Origin: Gemmatimonadales bacterium
GTDB lineage: Bacteria; Gemmatimonadota; Gemmatimonadetes; Gemmatimonadales; GWC2-71-9
Length of the DNA: 64,000 bases
Assembly (NCBI GenBank): GCA_035491895.1
Contig: DATJJY010000084.1
Coordinates: 7,192 to 71,191 of the forward strand
Direction of reading: 5' to 3'
Part shown: in pieces, positions 17,999 to 27,850 of the stretch
How positions within the stretch are numbered: position 1 is the stretch's first letter
Layout of the letters: every line of letters starts with the position of its first letter
Translations under genes and position numbers: made by a program
The notes under the pieces: generated by a model
Database searches by the model: none
What the model was told of the DNA's origin: nothing
What the model saw: only the letters and a program-made list of their open reading frames with translations

Positions 17999-20173
17999 CT
18001 ACGCTTTTTCGAGCAGCGCTTTGAACCGCGGATCGTCGTGCAGTGCGACCAGATCCGAATCGTTTTCGATCCAGCCCCGCAACCCGAACCCCAGCTGAAT
18101 CGCTTTCTCGAGGCAGGCGAACGCCTCGTCATGCTCACCCTGCACGGCGTAAAAGCAGCCGACGTTGTAGAGCAGCCCGGAATCCTCGGGGTCGATTGCC
18201 AGCGCCCGTTTCGCCCATTCGAGCCCGCGCTCGCGCTGGCCGATGTGCGCCAGCTCGATCGCCCCGAGACAGAGCGCGCGGGGATCGTCCGGGTTCAGCT
18301 CGACGTAGCGCTCCACCAGCTCCCACGTGTTGCGGTGGGCCGCTTCGGCGTCCGCCGTACGACCCAGCCCCTCGTACGTTTGAGCGAGGAACGACGCCGC
18401 CTGGTAGTCGTCGGGGCGGAGCCGGCTCGCCGCCTCGAACGACCGCGACGCTTCGGCAACCTTGCCCTGCCCGTACTTGACCCGGGCGTAGTAGTAGTGG
18501 GCTTCGAACAGCTTGGGGTTCAGGCGAATCGCCGTTTCGAACTCCTGCTCGGCCTCCGCCTGTCGTCCCCCGAACGCCAGCGCCATACCGCGCGACGTAT
18601 GGGCCTCGGCCAGCTGGGGATCGAGCTCGAGCGCCTTGCGGCTCGCACTGTCGGCCTGCTCGAGGTGGGCACCGCTGGCATCCCAGTACGTGTAGATGAA
18701 TGAGCAGCAATCCGCGATGCCGGCGTAGGCGAGCGCGTAGTTCGGGTCGATCTCCTTGGCGCGCTCGAACATCCGGCGCGCGTACTCCACGCTCTTGCGA
18801 CGCCACTGATGGAAGAACTGCCGGCCCCGCAAGTAGTACTCGTATGCCTGCACGTTCGCCGTGGGCGCCTTTTCGATGGCCCGCTTTTCGTCGTCGCTCA
18901 GCACCACACGCAGCGCCTTCACGATGTTGCCGGCGATTTCCTCCTGAATCGCGAACACGTCTTCCATGTCCCGGTCGTAGCGCTCCGACCAGAGGTGATA
19001 GCCGTCCGCCACGTTGATCAGCTGCGCCGTGATGCGCAGCCGGTTCCCCGCTTTCCGCACGCTGCCTTCGAGGACCGTGCCGACGCCAAGCTGCTCCCCC
19101 ACTCTCCGGATATCGAGGTTCTGTCCCTTGAACGCGAACGCCGACGAGCGCGACGCGACCCGCAGCGCCTGGATCTTCGTCAGGGCATTGAGGATTTCTT
19201 CGGCCATCCCCTCGCAGAAGTACTCCTGATCGCGCTGGGGGCTCATGTCGGCAAGGGGAAGAACGGCGATGGACTTGGCCGCGGCGTGCGCGGCGGTGGC
19301 GGGCATCGTGCCGGGAGGAGTCGACACCCCCGACGACTTCAGCGCCTGGGCGAACTGGTTGGCCGACGCGAAGCGATCACTGGGCGATTTCGACAGCGCC
19401 TTCGAGACCGCCGCGTCGAGCCAATCGGGCAGACCGCCGCGGCGATCCCGCAGAGGCGGGGGCGGGTCGGTGAACAACTTCGCGATGATCGCCTGCGGGG
19501 TCGGGCCGGCGAACGGAACGCTGCCTCCCAGCATCTCGTACAGCATCGCCCCCAGTGCGTAGATGTCGCTCCGGCCGTCCAGCTCCGGCTCCCCTGCGGC
19601 CTGCTCGGGGCTCATGTACGCCGGCGTGCCGATCGCCGCGCCGGTTTGTGTCAGGTTCTCCGCCGCTGCCGCACTGACCGCCTTCGCGATGCCGAAATCG
19701 GTCACCACCGCTTCGCCGTCGTGCAGCATCACGTTCTCGGGCTTGATGTCCCGGTGCACCACCTGGTGACGGTGCGCGTAATCGAGTGCGGCAGCCACGG
19801 AGCGGGCGATCTGCACCGCGTCGTCGACCGGGAGCTGCCGGGAGCGCTCCAGCCGTTGCCGCAGGCTCTCCCCCTCGACGAAGGGCATCACGTAAAACAA
19901 CAGGTCCTGCGCTTGTCCGGAGTCGTAGAGGGGGACGATGTGGGGATGCTGCAGGCCGGCGGCGATCTGGATCTCCCGCAGGAATCGCTCGGGGCCGAGG
20001 CTGACGGCCAGCTGCGGATGCAGCACCTTCAAAGCGACGGACCGGTGGTGGCGCAGGTCCTGGGCGAGAAACACGGTCGCCATGCCGCCACGGCCGACCT
20101 CGCGGTCGACCTGGTAGCGGTCGGCCACCGCGGTCCGGAGGCGATCGATCAACTCGGTCATGGGAACAGCCAA
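17999..20173 (-). CDS. Ser/Thr protein kinase with C-terminal TPR domain
   Basis: GRGGMATVFLAQD..VALKVL, HRDIKPENVML, DFGIAK, GTPAYMSPEQ Hanks motifs. A central TolB-N-like linker, then multiple TPR-like repeats (..AEAHTSRGMALAFGGRQAEAEQEFETAIRLNP..). Confidence 0.9.
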   Translation of the reverse strand: MAVPMTELIDRLRTAVADRYQVDREVGRGGMATVFLAQDLRHHRSVALKVLHPQLAVSLGPERFLREIQIAAGLQHPHIVPLYDSGQAQDLLFYVMPFVEGESLRQRLERSRQLPVDDAVQIARSVAAALDYAHRHQVVHRDIKPENVMLHDGEAVVTDFGIAKAVSAAAAENLTQTGAAIGTPAYMSPEQAAGEPELDGRSDIYALGAMLYEMLGGSVPFAGPTPQAIIAKLFTDPPPPLRDRRGGLPDWLDAAVSKALSKSPSDRFASANQFAQALKSSGVSTPPGTMPATAAHAAAKSIAVLPLADMSPQRDQEYFCEGMAEEILNALTKIQALRVASRSSAFAFKGQNLDIRRVGEQLGVGTVLEGSVRKAGNRLRITAQLINVADGYHLWSERYDRDMEDVFAIQEEIAGNIVKALRVVLSDDEKRAIEKAPTANVQAYEYYLRGRQFFHQWRRKSVEYARRMFERAKEIDPNYALAYAGIADCCSFIYTYWDASGAHLEQADSASRKALELDPQLAEAHTSRGMALAFGGRQAEAEQEFETAIRLNPKLFEAHYYYARVKYGQGKVAEASRSFEAASRLRPDDYQAASFLAQTYEGLGRTADAEAAHRNTWELVERYVELNPDDPRALCLGAIELAHIGQRERGLEWAKRALAIDPEDSGLLYNVGCFYAVQGEHDEAFACLEKAIQLGFGLRGWIENDSDLVALHDDPRFKALLEKA

Positions 20174-20178
20174 GATAC

Positions 20179-20195
20179 CGGGGGCGGTGCCCCCG
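20179..20195 (-). terminator. GC hairpin between tRNA-Cys and the kinase start (possible tRNA terminator/processing stem)
   Basis: CGGGGGC-GGT-GCCCCCG gives a 7-bp stem. On the minus strand it is followed by GUAUCUUGGCUGUU. It lies 5 nt upstream of the kinase ATG. Confidence 0.3.
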
Positions 20196-20316
20196 CGCGA
20201 TTGCGAACCCGAGCGCTACCCGTGCCTGAGCTTCCGTGCATGAGTCGCTACTTCGGGACGTGCGCAGTCACCAACTCGGAATGGCGCGATCGGGGAACGC
20301 CGGTGGTCCCGCTGAG

Positions 20317-20388
<72 letters not shown>

Positions 20389-20436
20389 GGAGAGTGGGAA
20401 AGCTGACCAGCCGGTGGGCGTTCTGCAAGAACCTCG

Positions 20437-20850
20437 CTAGCGCTGCGGCCTCTTCAGCTTCACGACGATCGCAACCTGTCCGTCGGTCGGGCCGTACCGG
20501 CTCGCGGTCTCATTCTGGCTCAGAAAGCGCATCTCCTGGATGTTCTCCGCTGCGATGGCCTTCAGATAATCGACGTCACCGACATTGAAGTCGTTGAGGT
20601 ACACCTTGACCGGCGCGACCTGGACCGACTGACCCACGGTCCCCACCGATTGCATCGTGATGTCGGACGGATGCAGCCACATCGGCCGCAGTCGAGCCAC
20701 CGCCTCGTAGGCCGTCGTGATGTTGTCGCCCTGCTTCCCGATCTCCTCTGCCGTCAGCACGTTCTTCTGCCAATGCTGACCGTACAGGGGCACGTACCCA
20801 CCGAATGTCGCAACCGCGAACGTGAGCACGGCAATGGTTGGCGTTCGCAT
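20437..20850 (-). CDS. Small secreted protein with TonB-receptor plug-like segment (hypothetical)
   Basis: Signal peptide MRTPTIAVLTFAVATFGG. ..VKVYLNDFNVGDVDYLKAIAAENIQEMRFLSQNETASRYGPTDGQVAIVV resembles the plug-domain consensus. Confidence 0.55.
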   Translation of the reverse strand: MRTPTIAVLTFAVATFGGYVPLYGQHWQKNVLTAEEIGKQGDNITTAYEAVARLRPMWLHPSDITMQSVGTVGQSVQVAPVKVYLNDFNVGDVDYLKAIAAENIQEMRFLSQNETASRYGPTDGQVAIVVKLKRPQR

Positions 20851-20933
20851 TGATCCCCCTGTTTGGCGAAGAGTCGGACGGCACCGTCACCCGTAACATA
20901 GGGGGTTCGGCGTCGCCGGCGAGGGGCAGGGAG

Positions 20934-21530
20934 TCAACTCCACGGGGCTCGCGCACTTGGCGACCGCGACCCCAGCTCGGCTGCCAACCCGCGCAGCATC
21001 AATCGGCGAAAGATGTCGTCGACGTCCTGGGGCGGGACCTTCGCACCCTGGTCGAGCCACCAGGTGAGGACGGCCATGAAGGCGCCGGCAATGTACTGAG
21101 CGGCCAGGCTTCGCTGGTCGCGGGCGCCCTTGAAACCGAGCGCCTTGAGGTCGAGGGCGGCAAGGTCGGCGATCGTACTGCGGATGCGCTGCACCACAAA
21201 TCCTCCACTCCCTCGCCCTACTATCGACGCGTACACTGGGAGATGCTCGCGCGCGTGCTCGAGCATCGCGAGGCTGTAGCCGAGACCCGGTGCCTGTCGC
21301 TGTCGCTCCAGGAGAAATGCCCGGAGGTCCTCCAACCGGCTCGCGAGCAGGGTCTCCTTGTCGGCGAAGTGAGCATAGAACGTCGCCCGTCCGACATTCG
21401 CCTTGTCGATGATGTTCTGGACGGTCGTCGCCTCGTAGCCCTTCTCGATCATCATCGCGATCAACGCGTCCTGGAGGAGCTGGCGCGTGCGTTGCACGCG
21501 CCGGTCTGGCCGCTTTGGCGGCGTGGCCAT
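20934..21530 (-). CDS. TetR/AcrR family transcriptional regulator
   Basis: Start MATPPKRPDRRVQRTRQLLQDALIAMMIEKGYEATTVQNIIDKANVGRATFYAHFADKE (TetR_N HTH), ATG at 21530. Confidence 0.85.
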   Translation of the reverse strand: MATPPKRPDRRVQRTRQLLQDALIAMMIEKGYEATTVQNIIDKANVGRATFYAHFADKETLLASRLEDLRAFLLERQRQAPGLGYSLAMLEHAREHLPVYASIVGRGSGGFVVQRIRSTIADLAALDLKALGFKGARDQRSLAAQYIAGAFMAVLTWWLDQGAKVPPQDVDDIFRRLMLRGLAAELGSRSPSARAPWS

Positions 21531-21657
21531 ATCACCTGCCTCTAGTGAATTGGGCACGCGATCCCGTCTCGAACCGAACACACCCGCGTCCCTTGTTCCG
21601 AATCGGACACCCGTGCCACTCGTGTCGATGGCCAATCCCATAATACGTGACACATTA

Positions 21658-21697
21658 TTCGTTAACGAACAGTATGTCAAGAAAAGAATAGTATGTC
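21658..21697. promoter_or_regulatory. Candidate TetR operator / divergent promoter region
   Basis: AT-rich island in a GC-rich genome. It contains a perfect 12-bp palindrome TTCGTTAACGAA (21658-21669) and a direct repeat AGTATGTC (21671-21678 and 21690-21697), between the divergent TetR gene and gene 21719. Confidence 0.4.
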
Positions 21698-21718
21698 CAC
21701 AATAGTCGGGAGGTCGTC

Positions 21719-23215
21719 ATGCACACGTCCGCGCGCCAATCGCTACTCAGCGTCATGCTCAGCGCGGTGATCATCGGCATCAATCACCTCTACTCAATAG
21801 GTCCGCGGGCCATTGGTCTGGGTGCGATGCTGCTCCTCGTGCCCGCCGCCCTGCTGTGGTGGTTTCGCCGAACGCAGAGTCGCGTGGCCTTCGCCGGCTA
21901 CTTGCTCATGAATGCCTGGATCGTGATCGGGTTCGGACTGTGGGAGGGTCTCTGGAGGATCACGCTGCCCCTGTTCCTGGGTACGCTGCTCGCTTCGCTG
22001 TCGACGACGTTTCCGAGTCCGACCCTCGGCGCCTACGGCTTCGAAGCGACCGGGATACTGATGTTCATCGGGAGTCTGTTCGTCGCGTACCACGCGTTCA
22101 CACTCGTTCAGGTGAGGCGGCCGACGGCGGCAGGCGGCCGCGGCCGTTTCGCAACGGGCGCCCTCCTGGCCGTCGCGGTGCTGGTTGCCGCGTTTGTATG
22201 GACGGACCAGGATCGCTGGACCGCTCCCGCCAACGGCGTCGTCAAGATCGGCGTCATCGTGCCGAAGAGCGGGCCGTTTGCCATCCTCGGCAATTCATTC
22301 CTGAAGGCGGTGCAGGTCGCCCGGCAGGATCTGCGCGGCACGAAATACCAGTACCAACTGGTGATGGTCGACGTCGGCTCCGATCCGCGGACAGCGGGCG
22401 CGGCAATCCAGCGCGCGATCCGGGTTGATCGCGTCGACGCCATTGTCGGCGGCATCTCGCTCTTCGGTCAGGTGACCAAGCCGCTCGCCACCAAGGCGCG
22501 TATCCTGCAGACCTGCGTGTGCAGCGTCACGATCATCGGTGACGGTGCGTACAACTTCACGAATATCCCAACGCCCGAAGCTGAGGGCATTCGCTGGGTG
22601 CAGGAGGCGCGGCGACGGGGCATCACCACCGTCGCGATGCTGAGCGGGCTGTATCCGCCGAGCATCCAGGGTCATGTGACGGCGGTCAAGACGGAGGCGG
22701 CCCGAGAGGGTGTACGCATCGTATCCGATCAGACCTTCGACACCGGGACGACCGATTTCCGCGCGATGATCGAGCGCGCCGAAGCCGGTCATCCGGACGT
22801 GTACTACGTCGAAGCGCCCGAGCCGGCACTCGATCAGCTGGCCCAACAGCTGTCCGCGACCGGCATCCACGACTTCACATCGGTCGTGGCGCCGTCGCTC
22901 AGCACACAGCCCGAGTTGTTCGAAGGGACGTGGTACACCGACAGCGATCTGCGCGACTTTGGCTTCAAGCGGCGGTTCGAGGAGATGTACCCCGGAACGC
23001 AGTTCGCGACGCACATGATGCCGTATGCGTACGACGACTTCAACCTGATCGTGCAGGCATATGAGCGTGGCCAGAATCCCGCGGTCTATGTCCGAAACAT
23101 CACAGGCTACGAGGGGATGGCCGGCCCGGTGAAGAAAGCGCCGCGCAGCGGGAACTTCGAGTCCATGCCGGCGGTCTGGACGATCAAGAACGGCAAACCC
23201 GCGTTGGTGCACTAA
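21719..23215 (+). CDS. Membrane-anchored type-I periplasmic-binding-protein (LivK/Peripla_BP_6-like) domain protein
   Basis: About 6 N-terminal hydrophobic helices (residues 1-165), then VVKIGVIVPKSGPFAILGNSFLKAVQVARQDL..VDAIVGGISLFG.., typical of branched-chain amino-acid-type solute-binding proteins. Confidence 0.8.
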   Translation: MHTSARQSLLSVMLSAVIIGINHLYSIGPRAIGLGAMLLLVPAALLWWFRRTQSRVAFAGYLLMNAWIVIGFGLWEGLWRITLPLFLGTLLASLSTTFPSPTLGAYGFEATGILMFIGSLFVAYHAFTLVQVRRPTAAGGRGRFATGALLAVAVLVAAFVWTDQDRWTAPANGVVKIGVIVPKSGPFAILGNSFLKAVQVARQDLRGTKYQYQLVMVDVGSDPRTAGAAIQRAIRVDRVDAIVGGISLFGQVTKPLATKARILQTCVCSVTIIGDGAYNFTNIPTPEAEGIRWVQEARRRGITTVAMLSGLYPPSIQGHVTAVKTEAAREGVRIVSDQTFDTGTTDFRAMIERAEAGHPDVYYVEAPEPALDQLAQQLSATGIHDFTSVVAPSLSTQPELFEGTWYTDSDLRDFGFKRRFEEMYPGTQFATHMMPYAYDDFNLIVQAYERGQNPAVYVRNITGYEGMAGPVKKAPRSGNFESMPAVWTIKNGKPALVH

Positions 23216-23229
23216 GGAGGATAGGGAAA

Positions 23230-23370
23230 ATGAGCACACGAGCACTTCGCTGGACCGCCATCGCCGTACTCATCGGCGTCGCGCTGAGTGGAGCGTACCT
23301 GATCGTCGCGCACAATAGCCCGGCGTTGAGCGTCACGGCCGGAGCAACGTCCGCTGGCGTATTCCACTAG
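23230..23370 (+). CDS. Candidate 46-aa single-TM micro-protein (not in the ORF track)
   Basis: AAGGAGG at 23213-23219, then ATG 23230. MSTRALRWTAIAVLIGVALSGAYLIVAHNSPALSVTAGATSAGVFH, TAG at 23368-23370. One clear TM helix. Confidence 0.35.
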   Translation: MSTRALRWTAIAVLIGVALSGAYLIVAHNSPALSVTAGATSAGVFH

Positions 23371-23390
23371 CAGGAATGCCTGCGCAGCGG

Positions 23391-23426
23391 CCAGAGGCCT
23401 CGGACTCCGAGGCCCCTGGCTTGTTT
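23391..23426. terminator. Bidirectional-looking terminator hairpin between convergent genes
   Basis: CCAGAGGCCTCGG-ACT-CCGAGGCCCCTGG (8-bp perfect core GGCCTCGG/CCGAGGCC plus outer CCAG/CTGG), followed by CTTGTTT. Confidence 0.55.
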
Positions 23427-23430
23427 GGAC

Positions 23431-24609
23431 CTACGGCGCGACCGGCGTCGCCACGTACGTCCGGATCTTCCCGCTCGGCAGCTCGACCAACCGCCCCGTG
23501 ATCACGCCCGAGTCGTTGATCGCCCTCGCCGACCAGAGCAGGTTGGTGAACCCGGGCTCCAGGAGGTCCTGCAGCCGGTGCATCTTGCCGTTCTGCCACA
23601 GCACCGCATTGCAGACGTCGGCGCAGGAGACGCCCACGATCTGCCCGCGGTTGTTGACGCCGAGTGCCTGGCTGAACTGATCGCCCTGGAACCGCCCGAG
23701 ATCCCGCATCCCGCCGTCCGCCGTCCAGACGAACGCGTGCAGGCTGTCCCCGTCGAAGTCGCCGTCGGGCGGGTTCGTGAATCCAACGACGACGCCGTTG
23801 TCGTTGAGCGCCATCGGCGTGTTCCAGTAGACGCCGCCCACGTCGCCCAAGTTCACGATCCGGGAGCCATCCCACATCACGGCGTGAATCGCGCTCTTGC
23901 GCCCGACCGCCACGTCGCATTCTCCCGAGATCCCGACCACCTGGCCGCGCTCGTTGATCGCGGTGGCGGCGGACGTCGAGTCTCCCGGGAACGGCGGCAG
24001 CTCGTGCGCCACCCCACCCTCCCATCGCACCGCCCGGAACTGGAGTACCTGCGGCGCGGTGCACGTCGGATCGTGCACGGCGGTTTCCGCCCACCCCACC
24101 ACGTGGCCGCGCGCGTTGACTCCGGCCGCGAAGCCGTTCTCCCCGCCGAGCGTCGGCAACGCGCTCAGCACGCCGTTCTCCCAGACGAATCCGAGACAGA
24201 CATGGCCGGTGAAAGCGATGAACGCGGCACAGCTCCATCGCTCGCCCAGCGTATCGAGCGCCGCGGTCTGGGAGATCCCGACGACGGTGCCGCTGTTGTT
24301 CAGACCCGGCCACTGCACGGCGCTGTTCAACCCGGCGATGCCTCCCAGCGTGCCGAGATCGGTGACCGCGCCGTTGCGCCACAGCGCCGCGTGCCGGTTG
24401 CCGCTCGCCGTGCCCGAAAAGCCCGCGACCCATCCGCGATTGTTGATCGCACCGCCCTGGCTGCTCCCAAAGAGGGTGGGCAGCTCATCCACGTGATACG
24501 CCGCAACGTCCGCATTCCGCGCGGCGGCAATGCGCGGTTGGGTGAGGCGCGCATCATCCGCGCATCCGGCGACGGCGGCGACCAGGAATGCCAACGAGAC
24601 TGAACGCAT
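23431..24609 (-). CDS. HAF-family extracellular repeat lipoprotein
   Basis: Start MRSVSLAFLVAAVAGC (lipobox). Repeated units of the type A.GINNRGxVVG....HA(F/V)LW.nG...DLGtLGG (for example NNRGWVAGFSG..RHAALWRNGAVTDLGTLGG; NDNGVVVGF...HAFVWTADGGMRDLG). Confidence 0.8.
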   Translation of the reverse strand: MRSVSLAFLVAAVAGCADDARLTQPRIAAARNADVAAYHVDELPTLFGSSQGGAINNRGWVAGFSGTASGNRHAALWRNGAVTDLGTLGGIAGLNSAVQWPGLNNSGTVVGISQTAALDTLGERWSCAAFIAFTGHVCLGFVWENGVLSALPTLGGENGFAAGVNARGHVVGWAETAVHDPTCTAPQVLQFRAVRWEGGVAHELPPFPGDSTSAATAINERGQVVGISGECDVAVGRKSAIHAVMWDGSRIVNLGDVGGVYWNTPMALNDNGVVVGFTNPPDGDFDGDSLHAFVWTADGGMRDLGRFQGDQFSQALGVNNRGQIVGVSCADVCNAVLWQNGKMHRLQDLLEPGFTNLLWSARAINDSGVITGRLVELPSGKIRTYVATPVAP

Positions 24610-24760
24610 GGTGACGTCCTCCGTGGTGGTGAGGTACTGTTCGATCATGGGGCAGCGGGTGACGGTGCGCACGCCGGTTCCGGACGGGGAATTCGGAGAC
24701 GAATTCGACGTCCGAAACCGGCGAGTAGGAGCCGTGCGGCGGGGTAGCGTCTCTTACGGG

Positions 24761-26221
24761 ATGCGACTCACCGCCGACATCTGCCAGCGCGCCTTGCGCG
24801 CGCGCGACGCGCGCTTCGACGGGATCTTCTTCGTCGGGATCACGACGACCGGCATCTACTGCCGGCCCGTCTGTCCCTCGCGGGCGGCGGTGCCGACGCG
24901 CCGCCGCTTCTTCGAGTCCGCGGCCGCGGCGGAGCACGCCGGGTACCGGCCCTGCCTGCGCTGCCGTCCCGAGCTCGCGCCGGGTCGCGCGCTGATGGAC
25001 GCGGTGCCCCGGCTCGCACGCGCCGCCGCCCTCCGCATCGCCGCCGGCGCCCTCAACGGACACAGTGTCGCCGAGCTGGCCCGCGAGCTGGGCGTGAGCG
25101 AGCGCCACGTGCGCCGGGCGCTGGAGCGGGAGATCGGCGTCTCACCGATCGCGCTCGCCCAGACGCACCGCCTGCTGCTCGCCAAACGCCTGCTCGCCGA
25201 CACCGACTTGCCGGTGACCCGTATCGCGTACGCGAGCGGCTTTCAGAGCTTGCGCCGCTTCAATTCCGCGTTTCGCGAACGCTACCGGCTGAGCCCGAGC
25301 GCGCTGCGGCCGCGGCCCCGCTCCGGGCGCCGCGAAACCGACCTGGTACGGTTGACGCTGGCGTATCGGGCTCCGCTCGCATGGGATCCGCTCATCGCTT
25401 TCCTGGAACGCAGCGCCCTTCCCGGCGTCGAGGTGATCGAGGGACGCGCCTACGGCCGGACGATCGAGCTCGACGGCCTTACCGGCGTCGTCTTCGCGTC
25501 CGATGCGCCGGAACGGACGCATCTGAACATCGATCTGTCTCCGTCCCTGCTCCCGGTCCTGATGCCGCTCTTGGTGCGGCTGCGGCACCTGTTCGACCTC
25601 GACGCCGAACCCACCGTGATCGACGTCCATCTGACCGAAGGCGGACTCGGCACGCTCGTGAGCCGCCACCGCGGCCTGCGTACACCCGGTGTGATCGACG
25701 GCTTCGACGCCGTGCTCAGCGCGTTGCTGCTCGGGTGGGAACGATCGGGAGAAGTGGCCCGCGAAACGGCGCGGCGTGTGGTCGGGGCATTCGGCGCGGG
25801 CATGGACATCGGGGCTGCGGCGCTCACGCGACTCGCGCCGACGCCGCAGCGGATCGCGGCAGCGGGGCCCGGCCGTCTCACCGAACTCGGCGTTCCGCCG
25901 CGTCGGGCCTCGGCCCTTGTCGCCGTCGCGCGCGCGCTATCGGACGGGACGCTGCGACTCGAGCCGGGAAGTGACATCGAGGCAGCCAAGCGGGGGCTGC
26001 TCGCCATCGAGGGGATCGGCGATCGCTGCGCGACGACGATCGTGATGCGCGCGCTCTACTGGCCCGATGCGTTTCCCGCTTCGGATCCCGCCCTGCGCCG
26101 GGCGGCGGGGGTGGCGAACCCGCGCGAGCTCCACGCCCGGGCGGAGCAGTGGCGTCCCTGGCGGGCCTACGCCGCCATGCACCTGCGAATGGCCGGCGGG
26201 CTACCGCTCCAGCACGAGTAG
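24761..26221 (+). CDS. Ada-type Zn methyl-acceptor + AraC HTH + AlkA (DNA-3-methyladenine glycosylase II) fusion
   Basis: Start MRLTADICQRALRARDARFDGIFFVGITTTGIYCRPVCPSR...GYRPCLRCRP (Ada_Zn_binding). AraC HTH (..SVAELARELGVSERHVRRALEREIGVSP..YASGFQSLRRFNSAFRERY). C-terminal HhH-GPD (..LLAIEGIGDRCATTIVMRAL..). Confidence 0.85.
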   Translation: MRLTADICQRALRARDARFDGIFFVGITTTGIYCRPVCPSRAAVPTRRRFFESAAAAEHAGYRPCLRCRPELAPGRALMDAVPRLARAAALRIAAGALNGHSVAELARELGVSERHVRRALEREIGVSPIALAQTHRLLLAKRLLADTDLPVTRIAYASGFQSLRRFNSAFRERYRLSPSALRPRPRSGRRETDLVRLTLAYRAPLAWDPLIAFLERSALPGVEVIEGRAYGRTIELDGLTGVVFASDAPERTHLNIDLSPSLLPVLMPLLVRLRHLFDLDAEPTVIDVHLTEGGLGTLVSRHRGLRTPGVIDGFDAVLSALLLGWERSGEVARETARRVVGAFGAGMDIGAAALTRLAPTPQRIAAAGPGRLTELGVPPRRASALVAVARALSDGTLRLEPGSDIEAAKRGLLAIEGIGDRCATTIVMRALYWPDAFPASDPALRRAAGVANPRELHARAEQWRPWRAYAAMHLRMAGGLPLQHE

Positions 26222-27220
26222 TGCGAAGGTCCCCGGCACAATGCTCGGCCGCGGGCGCGGCCGGTCCGGCGTAGGCGCCGGCGGCGGACCGAAATCCGCG
26301 GACACCGTATAGACGGTGTGCGACGCGAGGTCGACCTCCATGGTGCGGGCGCCGCGCTTCGTCGCCACATTCGCCACCACCGTGTACTTGTCCGGTCCAT
26401 CCTCGTGCACCACCGTCACGTTCCCGTCTCCCGTCGACGCGAAGGCCAGCTGTGTGCCCGGATCGAAACGGTCGGCGTCCACGCCCTCACCGATCGGGAC
26501 CGTCGTGATAACCTTGCCGGCCTCGGCGTCGGAGATCGCCATGACCTTGTTGTGACATCCGCTGAACAGGCGGTGGTGCTCGCGATCGATCGCCAGACCG
26601 CTGGGTGATTCGCACGGTGCGAGCGGCCACCGGCGCACCACCTTCATGGCGTTGGCGTCGATTTCATCCACCGCGCTCGAGTCCTCGAGGTTCACGTACA
26701 GCTTCCCGTCCCCGGCCGAAACCGCGAACTCCGGTCCACCACCCAAGTCGATCGTCCCGAGCTTCTTTCCCGATGCCGCGTCGATCACCGACGACGAACG
26801 GGAATCGCCGTTGAACGTGAAGATGCGTTTGGTCGCAGGATCGAAGAGGATGGCGTCAGCGTCGGGCGCCGCGATGGTGCGTCCCAGCACCTGGAGCGTC
26901 TTCAGGTCGAAGATCACGACCGAGCTGTCGCCGCCCGACGTCGCGAAGCCGCGTCCGTCCGCGTAATCGAACGCGACACCATGAGCCCGGTTCAACCCCG
27001 GGATTTCGGCGAGCGCCTTACCGCTCGCCGGATCGACCACCATCACACGGTCCTGCCGGGCGATGAACAGGCGGTGGCCCGCGGTGTCGAGCGCGATGTA
27101 ATCCCAGCCGCCGTCCCCCCCCAGCGTGTACGTGTGCGTGACGTGATATGCTTGTGCCTGGAGGTGCGGACCGCCGGCTGCCAGCAGCGCGGCCGAGAGA
27201 ATCAGAGTGTGTGTGCGCAT
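26201..27220 (-). CDS. YncE/YVTN-like beta-propeller protein, secreted
   Basis: Start MRTHTLILSAALLAAGGPHLQAQA (signal peptide). Repeated blades ..GVAFDYADGRGFATSGGDSSVVIFD.., ..ILFDPATKRIFTFNGDSRSSSVID.., ..GLAIDREHHRLFSGCHNKVMAISD.. The 3' end overlaps the convergent alkA-like gene by 21 nt. Confidence 0.75.
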   Translation of the reverse strand: MRTHTLILSAALLAAGGPHLQAQAYHVTHTYTLGGDGGWDYIALDTAGHRLFIARQDRVMVVDPASGKALAEIPGLNRAHGVAFDYADGRGFATSGGDSSVVIFDLKTLQVLGRTIAAPDADAILFDPATKRIFTFNGDSRSSSVIDAASGKKLGTIDLGGGPEFAVSAGDGKLYVNLEDSSAVDEIDANAMKVVRRWPLAPCESPSGLAIDREHHRLFSGCHNKVMAISDAEAGKVITTVPIGEGVDADRFDPGTQLAFASTGDGNVTVVHEDGPDKYTVVANVATKRGARTMEVDLASHTVYTVSADFGPPPAPTPDRPRPRPSIVPGTFALLVLER

Positions 27221-27323
27221 AGACGAGGAATATCCAGTGCCCACCTTACGTGAAGCTTGCTCGCTGCCCACCCCCTTGCCCCGGCGCCCGGGAGACGTAA
27301 GCTGGCTGGCAAGGAGGCGGAGC

Positions 27324-27824
27324 ATGCTAAGATCTTCGCTGTGGACGGGGTTCGCCTTGCTGGCGCTGTCGACCGGGAGCGCCACGGCCCAACAGCCCGA
27401 TCCCCTGGCCCCGGTGCTGTTCCTCGTGGGCCGCTGGGACGGCGCAGCGACGTCGACGTACGGGCCCTACCACTATCACAATGAGACCGTACGCCGGGGC
27501 AACTGGCTCGTCGGCTCGGGCGAGGCGCGCCCGGATCAGCCGGGCGCGGCCCCGATCATCACCACCACCATCATCGGGCGCGACGCCGCCGGGCATCTCG
27601 TGCTGTTTCTATTCGATGCCGGCGGGATCTGGCGTTTCGCCGGAACCGCCGACAGCGCCGGGGTCACCTTCGAGTGGCGCGAGGGCGGCTCCTTCCGTCG
27701 CACCCGCATCACGCCCGAGGCCGACGGGTCGGTGCATCAGGAGACCGTGGCGCACCTCCCCGACCAGCAGCCCCCTCTCCCCAAAGAGGTGACCGCCGAA
27801 AGCGTGCAGCGCCGCGCACCTTAG
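27324..27824 (+). CDS. Secreted hypothetical protein
   Basis: AAGGAGG at 27311-27317, then ATG 27324. Signal peptide MLRSSLWTGFALLALSTGSATAQQ. No recognisable catalytic motif. Confidence 0.55.
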   Translation: MLRSSLWTGFALLALSTGSATAQQPDPLAPVLFLVGRWDGAATSTYGPYHYHNETVRRGNWLVGSGEARPDQPGAAPIITTTIIGRDAAGHLVLFLFDAGGIWRFAGTADSAGVTFEWREGGSFRRTRITPEADGSVHQETVAHLPDQQPPLPKEVTAESVQRRAP

Positions 27825-27850
27825 CAAAGCTCAGCGCATTACGAGCATAC

